Of a DNA stretch of 64,000 bases, positions 30,037-40,161 are shown in pieces; position 1 is the stretch's first letter, and every line of letters begins with the position of its first letter. Under the pieces are notes generated by a model that made no database searches, was not told the origin of the DNA, and saw only the letters and a list, made by a program, of their open reading frames with translations. Position numbers and translations under genes: made by a program. Location of the stretch: positions 1 to 64,000 of IMG/VR virus record IMGVR_UViG_3300035698_017437. The stretch is one strand, 5' to 3'. The DNA comes from a virus.

Positions 30037-31872
30037 TCTGAATTAGAAAATATTGGAGATGAGAATTTGATTGATTTTGAAGCAATTCTCAAAAATTCAC
30101 TAAATGGAAAAACAACAAATAAGGATACTTCAATTCTTATTCGTCTTCTTGCCTCTGAAAGAATTTCCTTAATTGTGAAAGATATTCCTACCGCAATGTT
30201 TGATATAGAAAATAAGGTGTTATATATTCCTAATTGGAAAGATATCGGTACATCTTTGAAAGATATGTTCATTGGTCATGAAGTAGGCCATGTCTTATTT
30301 ACTCCTAATGATGAAACTCCTTGGAAAGGCGCTATTAGAGTTATAGAAGACCATAGAGTTGATATGCTGATCCAAAAAAGATATCCTGGCTTCAAAAAAG
30401 ATTATAACGAAGGAGCAAAAGAACTCATTTCAAGAGATTTCTTTCAGATTGACGGTAAAGAAATCAATGAAATGAGCTTTCTCAATAGATTGAATCTTTA
30501 CAGTAAAACAAATATTGATATCAATTTTTCTGATGAAGAAATGTTTTATGTCGGAAAAATGGATAATATTCTCACTTATGAAGATTCAAAAGAATTGGCC
30601 AGAAAAATTGATACTTGGTTGAATGAAGAATCCACTGAAGAATCCACTGAAGAATCCACTGAAGAATCCGGTGAAGAAAATGATGATCTTTCCACATTAG
30701 ATAATATGGAAGATTTTTCAGCAAGTAAAGTTCGTAGAGTTTTGGATGAGGAAGCCTTTTTAGATGGAAAACAAGATATAAAAGAGTTTGATATCTTGGA
30801 AGGTATTCGGAACATTAGTCGTTATCAAGGAGGATTGAAGTCTGCTTATTTGAAATCAATTTCAAAATATGTTGGTTCTCTAGTAAAAGAATTTGAAATG
30901 TTGAAGCAATCTGAGGAATTCAAAAACACAAAGATTAGTAAAACTGGTATTCTTGATCTGAATAGACTTATAAATTATAAAACTTCCGATGATATTTTCT
31001 TATCAAAGGAAATATCCACTGCTATAGTTCAAAACCATAGAGTTTTAACGTTTATAGATTTATCAACTTCTATGAAAGGTGGAAATATAAAGTATGCTTT
31101 AGATCAAGCTTTTAAATTGGCTCTATTTTTGAAAAGAGTTGGTGTGAAATTTACTATTTATGGTTTTGGTGGCCGTCCGTTCATTACAAACGATGGAATT
31201 GGAGAGATGGAAATATCGGAAAGAGGGAGAGAGAATGTTCCTATAATGTTTTCTGATAAAATGTCTATTGTTGATATCAATGAAAGGATTAGTCTCTTGA
31301 AGAAATTAAAAGTTAAGCAACTTCTCCTTGGAGCAACTCCTTTGTGTTCTACTATAGCCTTTTTGATCAAAAAAATATCTAATGAATTTTGTAATGAAAA
31401 GTTATCAATAATCTTTCTCACTGATGGAGATGCGACTGACGGATCAGATCATTCCATTTGGTTTAGGGGTAAACGTTATGATATTGATGATTATTCCTGT
31501 GATACTTCTAAAATGTTGAACATTCTTAGAGATATGAAAGAGGTCCATTCTGTAGTTGGTGTTTTCATTTCTTGCGACTTTGGTAGTTCTTTTTGGAGAC
31601 TTAGAGGTCCATTTAGAGAAATGTTTGCCAAGAAAGAGAAACATATTACTCGGGAAGAGTTTGATAGTTCAATAAAAAAAGATGGAATGCTTTCTGCTGA
31701 AAATACTGAATATGGATATTCTAAATATATTTTTGTTCCTATTCCAAAAAAAGTTTCAAAAATAAATGGTTCCTCAGGAGAAGAAGTTTTAGATAGTTTC
31801 AAAAATAACCTAAGGAGTGGTATCATAGAAAAACTAATGGGGAAATCAATTATTCAAAGTATTGCCTCATAA
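30034..31872 (+). CDS. Zincin-like + VWA (CobT-like) partner of MoxR ATPase
   Basis: HEVGH..T, IEDHRV; MIDAS DLSTSM...TPL...LTDG; EEST linker repeat. Confidence 0.8.
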   Translation: MSELENIGDENLIDFEAILKNSLNGKTTNKDTSILIRLLASERISLIVKDIPTAMFDIENKVLYIPNWKDIGTSLKDMFIGHEVGHVLFTPNDETPWKGAIRVIEDHRVDMLIQKRYPGFKKDYNEGAKELISRDFFQIDGKEINEMSFLNRLNLYSKTNIDINFSDEEMFYVGKMDNILTYEDSKELARKIDTWLNEESTEESTEESTEESGEENDDLSTLDNMEDFSASKVRRVLDEEAFLDGKQDIKEFDILEGIRNISRYQGGLKSAYLKSISKYVGSLVKEFEMLKQSEEFKNTKISKTGILDLNRLINYKTSDDIFLSKEISTAIVQNHRVLTFIDLSTSMKGGNIKYALDQAFKLALFLKRVGVKFTIYGFGGRPFITNDGIGEMEISERGRENVPIMFSDKMSIVDINERISLLKKLKVKQLLLGATPLCSTIAFLIKKISNEFCNEKLSIIFLTDGDATDGSDHSIWFRGKRYDIDDYSCDTSKMLNILRDMKEVHSVVGVFISCDFGSSFWRLRGPFREMFAKKEKHITREEFDSSIKKDGMLSAENTEYGYSKYIFVPIPKKVSKINGSSGEEVLDSFKNNLRSGIIEKLMGKSIIQSIAS

Positions 31873-31896
31873 AGTGAAAATAAATGTATTTTAGAG

Positions 31897-31974
31897 TTGA
31901 CTTCTCATTCTATACATGTTATAATAGTGTATAGCAAATGAGAAATATCTAATTCAAAATGGAGATTCAAAATG
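31897..31974 (+). promoter_or_regulatory. PeSL-like cassette copy 2
   Basis: TTGACTTCTCATTCTATACATGTTATAATAGTGTATAGCAAATGAGAA...GGAG..ATG. Confidence 0.9.
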
Positions 31975-33216
31975 AGTGTACTTAAAAGCGATATTACTGT
32001 TTCTGATTTTCTTGATAAATGTTATGAAGTTTATAGAGATAATTCTGTAACCCCTAAAGAAATAGAAGATATATCAAGAAGTTTAGGAGTCAGAAAGCCA
32101 GATTATGGTCCTTTTCTGAAACCTTTTAGAGTAGGCAGAGGAGAATATAAATTTAGATCCTCTTTTTCCTTCTCTAAAAACCCAACATTACGATTTTTAT
32201 CAAATAAATGTACAGTCCAAGAGCCTGTTTCTTTACCTGTTGAAAAGAAAGCAGTCTCTCCTAATGAAGTTGAACCAGAAAGAATTCTTGATTATAATCA
32301 AACAGGAGTTGCCATCACTTCTGCTATTCGTCAAGGAGATAATATTATCCCCGAAAAAGATAATATGTTTGTTCCTTATGGTATTTTCGGAGATTTGAAT
32401 AAAATTATCAAATCAAGACAATTTCTTCCAGTATATGTTTCAGGTGAAACTGGTATTGGTAAAACTTTAGCAACTATTCAATCATGTGCTAGAAACAAGA
32501 GGGAATTGATTCGTTTGAATATCACCGTAGATACTGATGAAGCTGATCTCATGGGATCTTTCCAATTAGTTGATGGAAATACTGTATTTGTAAAAGGTCC
32601 AGTTGTTGAGGCGATGGAGAGAGGAGCGATTCTTCTCCTTGATGAATTGAGTGTGGCTCATCCTTCTAGAATCATGGCAATTCAGGGAGTTATTGAAGGA
32701 AAATCTACATTTCTCAAAAAAGCTGGCGTTACTATTACTCCAAAAGAAGGATTCAATATTATCGCAACAGATAACTCCCTAGGTAGAGGATCATCCGATG
32801 GTCGTTATATTGGATTGAATGTATTGAATGAAGCTTTTCTTGATCGTTTTATTATCACATTGATTCATGGATATCCTTCAATCAAGAAAGAAACAGAGAT
32901 TTTGAATAATTTTGCTAAAACTATTCCCAATCATAAAGTTGATACAGAATTCATTGATCATCTTTGCTCTTGGGGTTCTATTATTCGTAAAACCTATAAT
33001 GAGGGAGCTATTGAGGATGTAATCTCAACTCGCCGCCTTGTGAGTATTTATAATGTGTTCTCAATATTTGATAATAAAGTGAAATCCATCAAAATGAGTA
33101 TTAGTAGATTTGATGAAATTGTAACCAAATCCTTTATCAATCTCTACTCTAAAATTGATGAGGGTGTAGATTTTTCAGAATATATTGAAAACGAGGAGAA
33201 TAATGATGAAAACTAA
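31972..33216 (+). CDS. MoxR/CobS-like AAA+ ATPase
   Basis: GETGIGKT, TDEADL.G, GPV.EAM.RG..LLLDE, NEAFLDRF, ISTRRL. Confidence 0.9.
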   Translation: MSVLKSDITVSDFLDKCYEVYRDNSVTPKEIEDISRSLGVRKPDYGPFLKPFRVGRGEYKFRSSFSFSKNPTLRFLSNKCTVQEPVSLPVEKKAVSPNEVEPERILDYNQTGVAITSAIRQGDNIIPEKDNMFVPYGIFGDLNKIIKSRQFLPVYVSGETGIGKTLATIQSCARNKRELIRLNITVDTDEADLMGSFQLVDGNTVFVKGPVVEAMERGAILLLDELSVAHPSRIMAIQGVIEGKSTFLKKAGVTITPKEGFNIIATDNSLGRGSSDGRYIGLNVLNEAFLDRFIITLIHGYPSIKKETEILNNFAKTIPNHKVDTEFIDHLCSWGSIIRKTYNEGAIEDVISTRRLVSIYNVFSIFDNKVKSIKMSISRFDEIVTKSFINLYSKIDEGVDFSEYIENEENNDEN

Positions 33217-33439
33217 AATTACTTGTGAGTATTATTGTAGTGGTAATTATTGGAGAAGCTTAGAATCAAAAGGTGTAAAACCCACAGGTCGTTGGGGTAT
33301 GATAGACGATCTTATAACTTTTGAAATTGAAAGTACTAGCTTTTTTGGATTGATCAAAAGTAAAAAATGGCTGGCTGATACCGAAGTCCGATTTTTAGAT
33401 ATGTTCCTTTTTGATTCAAAGAAACATCTTGACAAATGA
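33203..33439 (+). CDS. Hypothetical protein
   Basis: RBS GAGGAG; overlaps upstream stop. Confidence 0.6.
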   Translation: MMKTKITCEYYCSGNYWRSLESKGVKPTGRWGMIDDLITFEIESTSFFGLIKSKKWLADTEVRFLDMFLFDSKKHLDK

Positions 33440-33497
33440 TTGAAATTGTTGTATAATAACTGAAGGAAACAATATAAATTTAACAGAGAGAATTATT

Positions 33498-34181
33498 ATG
33501 GAAAATGTGGTATTATCTGAATCTACTATCAAAATTTTGAACAATTTTGCTTCAATCAATCCTTCTATTTTTATTCGGCCAGGGAATAAACTTATCACTG
33601 TAGCTGAAAATAAAGTGATTGTAGGACAAGCAGAAGTAAAGGAAACATTCCCTGTAGATTGTCCTATCTATGATCTATCAGAATTCCTCAACACAGTAGA
33701 CTTGTTCAATGAACCTGTTCTGGATTTCTCTACATCTGATATGGTCTATATTAGAGAGGCTAAAAGTAAAAAATCTGTAGCTTATCGGTTTGCTGATCCA
33801 AGTATTATTACTACAGTAAATAAAGAAATTACAATTCCTCAAACTAATGTAAATTTCATTCTGGATAAAGATGAATTTGTCCGTATGAATAAAACTGCTA
33901 GAGTTCTTCAACTTGATAATATGGTTATCACCGCTGCCAATGGTGGTCTTGCTGTAACTGTAGAATCTGTTGGTAATCCTACTGGAAATAATTATACTGT
34001 AACCATTGATACTGAAGATGTTCCGGAGGATGATTTTTCTCTTGTATTTCGTATGGAAAATATGAAAATGTTGGATATGGAATATGATATTGGTATTCAT
34101 AAAAATATTATTGCTCATTTCAATAATCCTGTAGTCCAGTATTATGTTGCTCTTGATTCTATTTCTGAGTATGGAGAATAA
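33498..34181 (+). CDS. gp45: Sliding clamp gp45
   Basis: LS..T..IL.NFASIN, IYDL.EFL, F..EN.K. Confidence 0.93.
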   Translation: MENVVLSESTIKILNNFASINPSIFIRPGNKLITVAENKVIVGQAEVKETFPVDCPIYDLSEFLNTVDLFNEPVLDFSTSDMVYIREAKSKKSVAYRFADPSIITTVNKEITIPQTNVNFILDKDEFVRMNKTARVLQLDNMVITAANGGLAVTVESVGNPTGNNYTVTIDTEDVPEDDFSLVFRMENMKMLDMEYDIGIHKNIIAHFNNPVVQYYVALDSISEYGE

Positions 34182-34183
34182 AA

Positions 34184-35104
34184 ATGAGTGAACATTTCCT
34201 TTGGATAGAAAAATATAGACCGACAAAGGTAGGAGATTGTATTCTATCTAAAAAAATGAAAGATGAACTCCAAGCTCAAGTTGACTCAGGAGATATCCAG
34301 AATATGCTCTTTCATGGCCCAGCAGGTACAGGAAAAACCTCAATTTCTAAGGCCATAGCAAAAGAGATTGATGCTGATTGTATCGTTATAAACTGTTCTG
34401 ATGAACGTGGTATCGATCTTCTCCGAGTGAAAATCAAACAGTTTGCCTCTACCATGAGTCTTGGAGGTAATAAAAAACTTGTTATCCTTGATGAGTTTGA
34501 GAATACTACAAAAGATCTTCAACTTGGTATGAGGAATTTTCTTGAGGAATATTCTAAAACCACTAGATTTATTGCTACTTGTAATTATCCTTCAAAGATC
34601 ATTCCGGCTCTCCATTCCAGGTTTGCTTCATATGATTTCAATGTTCCATCTGCTGAGAAAATGACTTTAGCAAAAGAGTTTTTTGATCGGGTAGAGGGAA
34701 TTCTTATTGAAAATGGAATTGAGTATAATAAACCTGTTCTTGGTGAGTTTATTGCCTCAACATTTCCAGACTTTCGGAAATGTTTGAATGAGCTTCAGAA
34801 ATATAGTCTCAATGGAAATATAGATGAAGGTATATTTGCTAGAGTAAAATATAAATATGAAGATTATATTGAGGCTTTGAAGAAAAAAGATTTCAAGAAA
34901 TCCCGAATATTTATTGGAGAGAATGATCTTGGTGAGGGTTTCTTCACAGGATTATATGGAAAATTATTGAAGGAATTGGATCCTGGTAAGATACCTCAAA
35001 TGATTCTGATTATAGCGGAGCACCAATATAAGTCAACCTCTGTAGCTGATCCTGAGTTGAATTTAGCATCCATGACAATTTCCCTTATGGCTGAGTGTTT
35101 TTAG
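34184..35104 (+). CDS. gp44: Clamp loader ATPase gp44
   Basis: LW.EKYRP, GPAGTGKT, ILDE, FI.TCN, PALHSR, FPDFR. Confidence 0.96.
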   Translation: MSEHFLWIEKYRPTKVGDCILSKKMKDELQAQVDSGDIQNMLFHGPAGTGKTSISKAIAKEIDADCIVINCSDERGIDLLRVKIKQFASTMSLGGNKKLVILDEFENTTKDLQLGMRNFLEEYSKTTRFIATCNYPSKIIPALHSRFASYDFNVPSAEKMTLAKEFFDRVEGILIENGIEYNKPVLGEFIASTFPDFRKCLNELQKYSLNGNIDEGIFARVKYKYEDYIEALKKKDFKKSRIFIGENDLGEGFFTGLYGKLLKELDPGKIPQMILIIAEHQYKSTSVADPELNLASMTISLMAECF

Positions 35105-35113
35105 GAGATTATT

Positions 35114-35497
35114 TTGAAAAAGGAAATAGGAACATTTGATTATATTACCGATATTTGTCAGAAGAATTTGAATATCACTGATTTTAGTAAATATTCAAAA
35201 TTTCTTGTTTTGAGGGGGTTGAGTAATTATTATGATACAGTATTATTGGCAAATGAAATGAATTTATATCCCAATATTCCAGGTGAATATCAATTCCATT
35301 TCTTGAAAAGTTTGATAACAAAAAAGAAGAGATGGAGTAAATGGTCAAAGAAGAAAAAGGTTGACAATATAGAAATAGTGAAACAATCATATAAAGTGAG
35401 TGACGATAAGGCTATAGGTATCCTTGAATTACTTAGTCCAGATCAATTAGATCAACTAACATATAACATGAGACATGGTGGAAGAGGTAAGAAATGA
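35114..35497 (+). CDS. gp62: Clamp loader subunit gp62
   Basis: R.LS..YDTVL.ANEMN, KKKRWSKW.K; synteny. Confidence 0.9.
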   Translation: MKKEIGTFDYITDICQKNLNITDFSKYSKFLVLRGLSNYYDTVLLANEMNLYPNIPGEYQFHFLKSLITKKKRWSKWSKKKKVDNIEIVKQSYKVSDDKAIGILELLSPDQLDQLTYNMRHGGRGKK

Positions 35498-35919
35498 AAG
35501 AAAAAATGAAAGTATCAGAATGGTATGAAAATTTCGCTCTTGAGGTAGAGCTTGAGGAAGGAAACTTTCTCAAAATCAAAGAAACCCTAACAAGAATTGG
35601 AATAACATCAAAAAAAGATAAATCTATTTTTCAATCTTGTCATATTCTTCAGAAAAAGGGAAAATTTTATATTGTACATTTTCTTGAATTATTCGCTCTT
35701 GATGGAAAAGAAACGTCTATATCAAAAGATGATATTATAAGACGAGATTCTATTATTATTCTTCTTCAAAAATGGGGATTATTGAAAGTTATTGATGAAC
35801 CAAAACTTTCTGAAAAGTCTGTATTTGTTAGAGTGATTCATTTCAATGATAAAGAAAATTGGAATTTAGTTCCAAAGTATTCTATTGGATCTGATAATAA
35901 ACCAAGAGGAGAGAAATAA
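35494..35919 (+). CDS. regA: Translational repressor RegA
   Basis: FLKIKETLTRIGI, QSCHIL.K.G.FYIVHF.ELF.LDG. Confidence 0.96.
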   Translation: MKEKMKVSEWYENFALEVELEEGNFLKIKETLTRIGITSKKDKSIFQSCHILQKKGKFYIVHFLELFALDGKETSISKDDIIRRDSIIILLQKWGLLKVIDEPKLSEKSVFVRVIHFNDKENWNLVPKYSIGSDNKPRGEK

Positions 35920-36446
35920 TGAAATTGAAATGTTATAAAATAAATGAAGAAGCAAAACTTCCAACATATGGATCAACATATGCCGCTTGTTTTGATATTT
36001 CTGTTTGTTTACCTAAAGGTGGAATGCCAGTATTAGTTGATAAAAATAGAACAGCTTTAGTGAATGGTGAGGATTCTTCTAGATATATTGTTATTCATCC
36101 TGGAGAGGTTGCTCTAGTTCCTACAGGACTTATATTTGATATTCCAGAAGGATACCAAATGAAGATTTTACCTAGGTCAGGTCTAGCATGGAAAAATAGT
36201 ATTACAGTTTTGAATAGTCCAGGTACAATTGACGAAGATTATTATAATGAAACTTTCGTTCTTTTATATAATTCTTCAAGAAATTTACCTTTCAGAATTC
36301 AACATGGAGATAGAATTGCTCAAGGCGAAATAATGAAATGTAATATGATACAGTTTGAAGAGATATCTGAATTGGAATTGGGTATATCTAAAGAACTTCT
36401 AGAATCCTCTAGAGATGGTGGATTAGGTTCCACTGGAATGAAATAA
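35919..36446 (+). CDS. dut: Trimeric dUTPase
   Basis: A.FD, PRSGL, NSPGTID.DY, GDRIAQ, R.GGLGSTG. Confidence 0.93.
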   Translation: MKLKCYKINEEAKLPTYGSTYAACFDISVCLPKGGMPVLVDKNRTALVNGEDSSRYIVIHPGEVALVPTGLIFDIPEGYQMKILPRSGLAWKNSITVLNSPGTIDEDYYNETFVLLYNSSRNLPFRIQHGDRIAQGEIMKCNMIQFEEISELELGISKELLESSRDGGLGSTGMK

Positions 36447-36467
36447 TAAAAAAGTAAAGGAGAATTT

Positions 36468-36758
36468 ATGAAAATTGGTGAAATGTTAGAATGTATTATT
36501 GAAGGACTGAAATGCGCTAGATCCGGTTGGAACGGTAAAAATCAATTCGTTGTTTATATGTCTGCTCTAAATCTACCACCTTTCAATACCCAAGATACAA
36601 ATAGGAAGGTTAATGATAGGACTGCCAAGTGGATTGGAGAAGATAAACCCTTAAATTCTCAACCATATATTGCTTTATATAATACTCAGGGATTATGGCA
36701 ACCTGGTTGGGTTCCATCTATATCCGATCTCCTAGCTGAAGATTGGGAGGTTGTATAA
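36468..36758 (+). CDS. tad2: DUF2829 / Tad2-like signal-sponge protein
   Basis: AR.GWNGK..FV ... GW.PS..D.LAEDW motifs. Confidence 0.8.
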   Translation: MKIGEMLECIIEGLKCARSGWNGKNQFVVYMSALNLPPFNTQDTNRKVNDRTAKWIGEDKPLNSQPYIALYNTQGLWQPGWVPSISDLLAEDWEVV

Positions 36759-37114
36759 TGTTTAGAATGGAAGATATTGGAAGAATTTGCTATTTAGCAA
36801 ATAAGATGTATTGTGAATCTATAGGAGATAAATCCCAAACATCTTGGGCTTTGTGTGGACCAGAAATTCAAAAATCTGTTGTAAATGGTGTTAAATATAG
36901 ACTTGTAAATCCTCTTGCCACTCCAGAAGGAACTCATGAGAATTGGTACAAATACAAGAAAGATCATGGATGGGTATATGGAGAAGTGAAAGATGGTGAA
37001 AGGAAAACCCATCCTTGTATGTTACCATATGATGAATTGCCTATAGATCAAAAAATTAAAGATGATATTTATGTTTCTGTCTGCGATGCTATGATTCCAT
37101 TTCTTGAAAAATAA
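36758..37114 (+). CDS. RyR-domain protein
   Basis: HENW...K...GWVYG..KD...KTHPC.LPYDELP..QK.KD. Confidence 0.9.
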   Translation: MFRMEDIGRICYLANKMYCESIGDKSQTSWALCGPEIQKSVVNGVKYRLVNPLATPEGTHENWYKYKKDHGWVYGEVKDGERKTHPCMLPYDELPIDQKIKDDIYVSVCDAMIPFLEK

Positions 37115-37143
37115 GAGTTGATATTTTTCTTGAATTATGTTAT

Positions 37144-37181
37144 ATTGAAGGAAACAATATTATTTTATTGTTTCCTTCAAT
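37144..37181 (+). promoter_or_regulatory. 16-bp perfect hairpin in the gp43 leader (operator/attenuator candidate)
   Basis: ATTGAAGGAAACAATA / TATTGTTTCCTTCAAT between promoter and RBS. Confidence 0.65.
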
Positions 37182-37200
37182 TCGTTTTTAAGGAGTATAT

Positions 37201-39801
37201 ATGTCCAATTTCACATTCGTGGGTAAAAGGGGGAATTCCTTCCTTGTCAGAGAAGTATCAAAGTCTTGTCGCAAAACTCATAAAATAAAAAGCTCAAATT
37301 TATCTCTATATTTGCCATCAAAAGAGGAATCTGAATATAAATCTTTTGATGGGAAAAGAAATCTGGAGAAGGTTGAGTTTGATTCTATTATAGATATGAG
37401 AGAGTTCATAGAGGATAATGGAGGAATTTCAAATTATCCTTTATATGGACAATCAAATCCGGTGGCTCAATGTATAGAAAATCGTTTCGGTAAACAAACA
37501 TTTGATATAAATGATTATCTTATATATGTTATTGATATTGAAACTGGTAGAGATCCAGAAAGGGGATATGCTCCTTCTATGGAACCTTTCAATGAAATAA
37601 CTCTAATCCAACTTCATAATAGCAAGACAAATACATATATTGTTTTTGGTACTGAACCTAATTTCACTCCAAATAAAATGGAAGGAAAGAATATTGTTTA
37701 TCGTTCTTGTGAAGATGAAAGAGAAATGTTGTTGAAATTTGTTCAATATTGGATGGGAGATTATCCGGATATCATTACAGGATGGAATATAGATTCATAT
37801 GATATGACCTATATATCTAATCGTTTGTTGGTCGTGTTTGGAGAAGAAAAAGGAACGAGTCTACGAAAGAATCTTAGTCCATTCAATAATGTTTGGATGA
37901 GAGAAGTGAAAAATTCATTTGGACAAAAAGAAGAGAAATGGACATGGACAGGAATAGTTTGTCTTGATTATCTGGCTCTATATAAAAAGTTTTCTCAAAA
38001 CAGTAGAGATTCATATAAGTTGGATAATATTGCCAATCTTGAATTGGGAACAAAGAAAATTGATTATTCTGAAGTTGAAAATCTTGAAGTTTTGAGATTG
38101 ACAAATTATCCCAAGTTTGTAGAATATGGTATCATTGATTTAGATCTTATTCTTGACTTACAGAAAAAATTGAAATTTCTCAATATTGCTATATCTCTTT
38201 CTTATAAAGCTGGTATCAATTTGGAAGATTCTATGGGAACAGTAGTTCTATGGGAAACAATGTTTCATAATAGATTATCAAGAGATAAAAAATTTATACC
38301 AATTGAACGACCCAAAAGACCTCATGTACCATATATTGGAGCATATGTACAAGATGTTGTCCCTGGTAGATATGATTGGATATTGAGTGTAGATCTTGCT
38401 TCATTGTATCCTCATTGTCAGATGCAATCCAATATCTCTCCTGATAAATTGATTGAAAATCCTCACCAAGAGTTATTGGATTTTCGGGATCAATTGAATA
38501 GTCAACCTATAAATGATCCTATTCATGGAAAAGTCTTAGGTTCTATAGATATGTTGTTACATAAAAAGATGGATACTTCTATATTACGCAAGTATCAGGT
38601 ATCTTTGACACCTAATGGACAATTCTATAAAAAAGATGATATTGGCTTTATTCCTAAAATTCTTAAGGAAGTTTATGCTGAAAGAAAAGCCATAAAGATA
38701 GAAATGATCAAAAAGAAACAAGAGTTGGAAGATACAACAGATCCTATTTCAAAACATAAATTGGATTTTGAAATATCTGCTCTTGATGCTGAACAGATGG
38801 CATTGAAAATTATGATTAATAGCGCATATGGAGCATTAGGAACAAAATATTTCAGATTTTATGATCCAAGAAATGCTGAAGCGATTACTTCATTGGGTAG
38901 AGTAGCAATCCAATGGGTGGCAAGGGATATCAATAATTATATAAAAAGTATTGTTCCTGATATTACTACCGATTCTGTTGTATATACAGATACAGATTCA
39001 AATCTCATTTGTCTTTCTCCTTTAGTGGAGAAATTCTTCAAGGGGAAATCAAATGCTTTCATTAGGGATGCTTTAGTTTCTTTTGGTAAAGAAAAACTTC
39101 AACCTATTATGGATGAAAGTTACAAGAAGTTAGCCATATATCTCAACTCTTATGAACAAGCAATGATCATGAAAATGGAAGTTGTTTCAGATAAAAATAT
39201 CTTCCTCTCCAAAAAGAGATATATAATGTCAAAGTTGTGGGATGAAGGAGTGACTTTCACTGAACCTAAAATGAAAATTATGGGTATAGATGCTATCAAA
39301 TCATCTACACCACCTCTTTGTAGGAAATATTTGACAGATATTATCAAAATCATTTTACATGGAGATGAGGAATCTGTCCAAGATTTTGTAAAAGATTTCA
39401 AAGAGAAATTTTATTCTGCTGATATTTCAGAAATATCATTCCCTAGGTCAGTAAATAACATGGAAAAATATGAAGATTCTATGTTGATATGTAAGAAAGG
39501 AACTCCTATTGCTGTTAGAGGAGCTCTTGTGTATAATCACTTCCTCAATAAACTGAATATCACAGAAATTGAAACAATTAAAAGTAGGGATAAAGTTAAG
39601 TTTATTTATTTGAAAATTCCTAATCATTATAAACATAATGTGATTTCATATGTAAATTCTATACCGAAAGAATTCCCTCATGTTCCTATTGATTATGATA
39701 TCCAATTTTATAAATCCTTTTTGAAACCTGTGGAGGGTATTCTAAATCCTATCGGATGGGAACATGAAAAGACAAATACATTAGAATCATTTTTCAGTTG
39801 A
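37201..39801 (+). CDS. gp43: Family B DNA polymerase gp43
   Basis: DIET, GWN..YD exonuclease; DLASLYP, K...NS.YG, YTDTDS, KKRY; C-terminal clamp-binding LESFF. Confidence 0.98.
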   Translation: MSNFTFVGKRGNSFLVREVSKSCRKTHKIKSSNLSLYLPSKEESEYKSFDGKRNLEKVEFDSIIDMREFIEDNGGISNYPLYGQSNPVAQCIENRFGKQTFDINDYLIYVIDIETGRDPERGYAPSMEPFNEITLIQLHNSKTNTYIVFGTEPNFTPNKMEGKNIVYRSCEDEREMLLKFVQYWMGDYPDIITGWNIDSYDMTYISNRLLVVFGEEKGTSLRKNLSPFNNVWMREVKNSFGQKEEKWTWTGIVCLDYLALYKKFSQNSRDSYKLDNIANLELGTKKIDYSEVENLEVLRLTNYPKFVEYGIIDLDLILDLQKKLKFLNIAISLSYKAGINLEDSMGTVVLWETMFHNRLSRDKKFIPIERPKRPHVPYIGAYVQDVVPGRYDWILSVDLASLYPHCQMQSNISPDKLIENPHQELLDFRDQLNSQPINDPIHGKVLGSIDMLLHKKMDTSILRKYQVSLTPNGQFYKKDDIGFIPKILKEVYAERKAIKIEMIKKKQELEDTTDPISKHKLDFEISALDAEQMALKIMINSAYGALGTKYFRFYDPRNAEAITSLGRVAIQWVARDINNYIKSIVPDITTDSVVYTDTDSNLICLSPLVEKFFKGKSNAFIRDALVSFGKEKLQPIMDESYKKLAIYLNSYEQAMIMKMEVVSDKNIFLSKKRYIMSKLWDEGVTFTEPKMKIMGIDAIKSSTPPLCRKYLTDIIKIILHGDEESVQDFVKDFKEKFYSADISEISFPRSVNNMEKYEDSMLICKKGTPIAVRGALVYNHFLNKLNITEIETIKSRDKVKFIYLKIPNHYKHNVISYVNSIPKEFPHVPIDYDIQFYKSFLKPVEGILNPIGWEHEKTNTLESFFS

Positions 39802-39858
39802 CAAGTGATATCTAATATGTTATAATGATTGAAATGATTCTAATATAAGGAGAATGAA

Positions 39859-40161
39859 ATGCTAAAGGAAGATAGTTATCCTCAAGAGGGAAATTTGGTT
39901 ACAAGGGCAAGGACTAGAGTAGCTGATGAGATTATGGAAGAGTTGGATGATATGGCAGAATATTCAGATAATTTATCTGATATGGTAGGAGAGAGATTGT
40001 CGCCTATTAGTAGGCAAAATAATAATAAAGTTCTGGCTGAAAAAGATAAAGTATTACTAGAAGAATATCCTCCATTGTTTGATGAAATGAGAACTCTCAT
40101 GGTAAGGATCCAACTAAATCTTACCAGAATTGAAGCTTCTATGGGGAGATTAGAGATATGA
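39859..40161 (+). CDS. Hypothetical helical protein
   Basis: Promoter and RBS AAGGAG. Confidence 0.65.
   Translation: MLKEDSYPQEGNLVTRARTRVADEIMEELDDMAEYSDNLSDMVGERLSPISRQNNNKVLAEKDKVLLEEYPPLFDEMRTLMVRIQLNLTRIEASMGRLEI

Noticed and set aside
31972-33216. Cobalamin biosynthesis (cobS) auxiliary gene
   Set aside because: Generic MoxR AAA/VWA pair; no cobN or other cob genes
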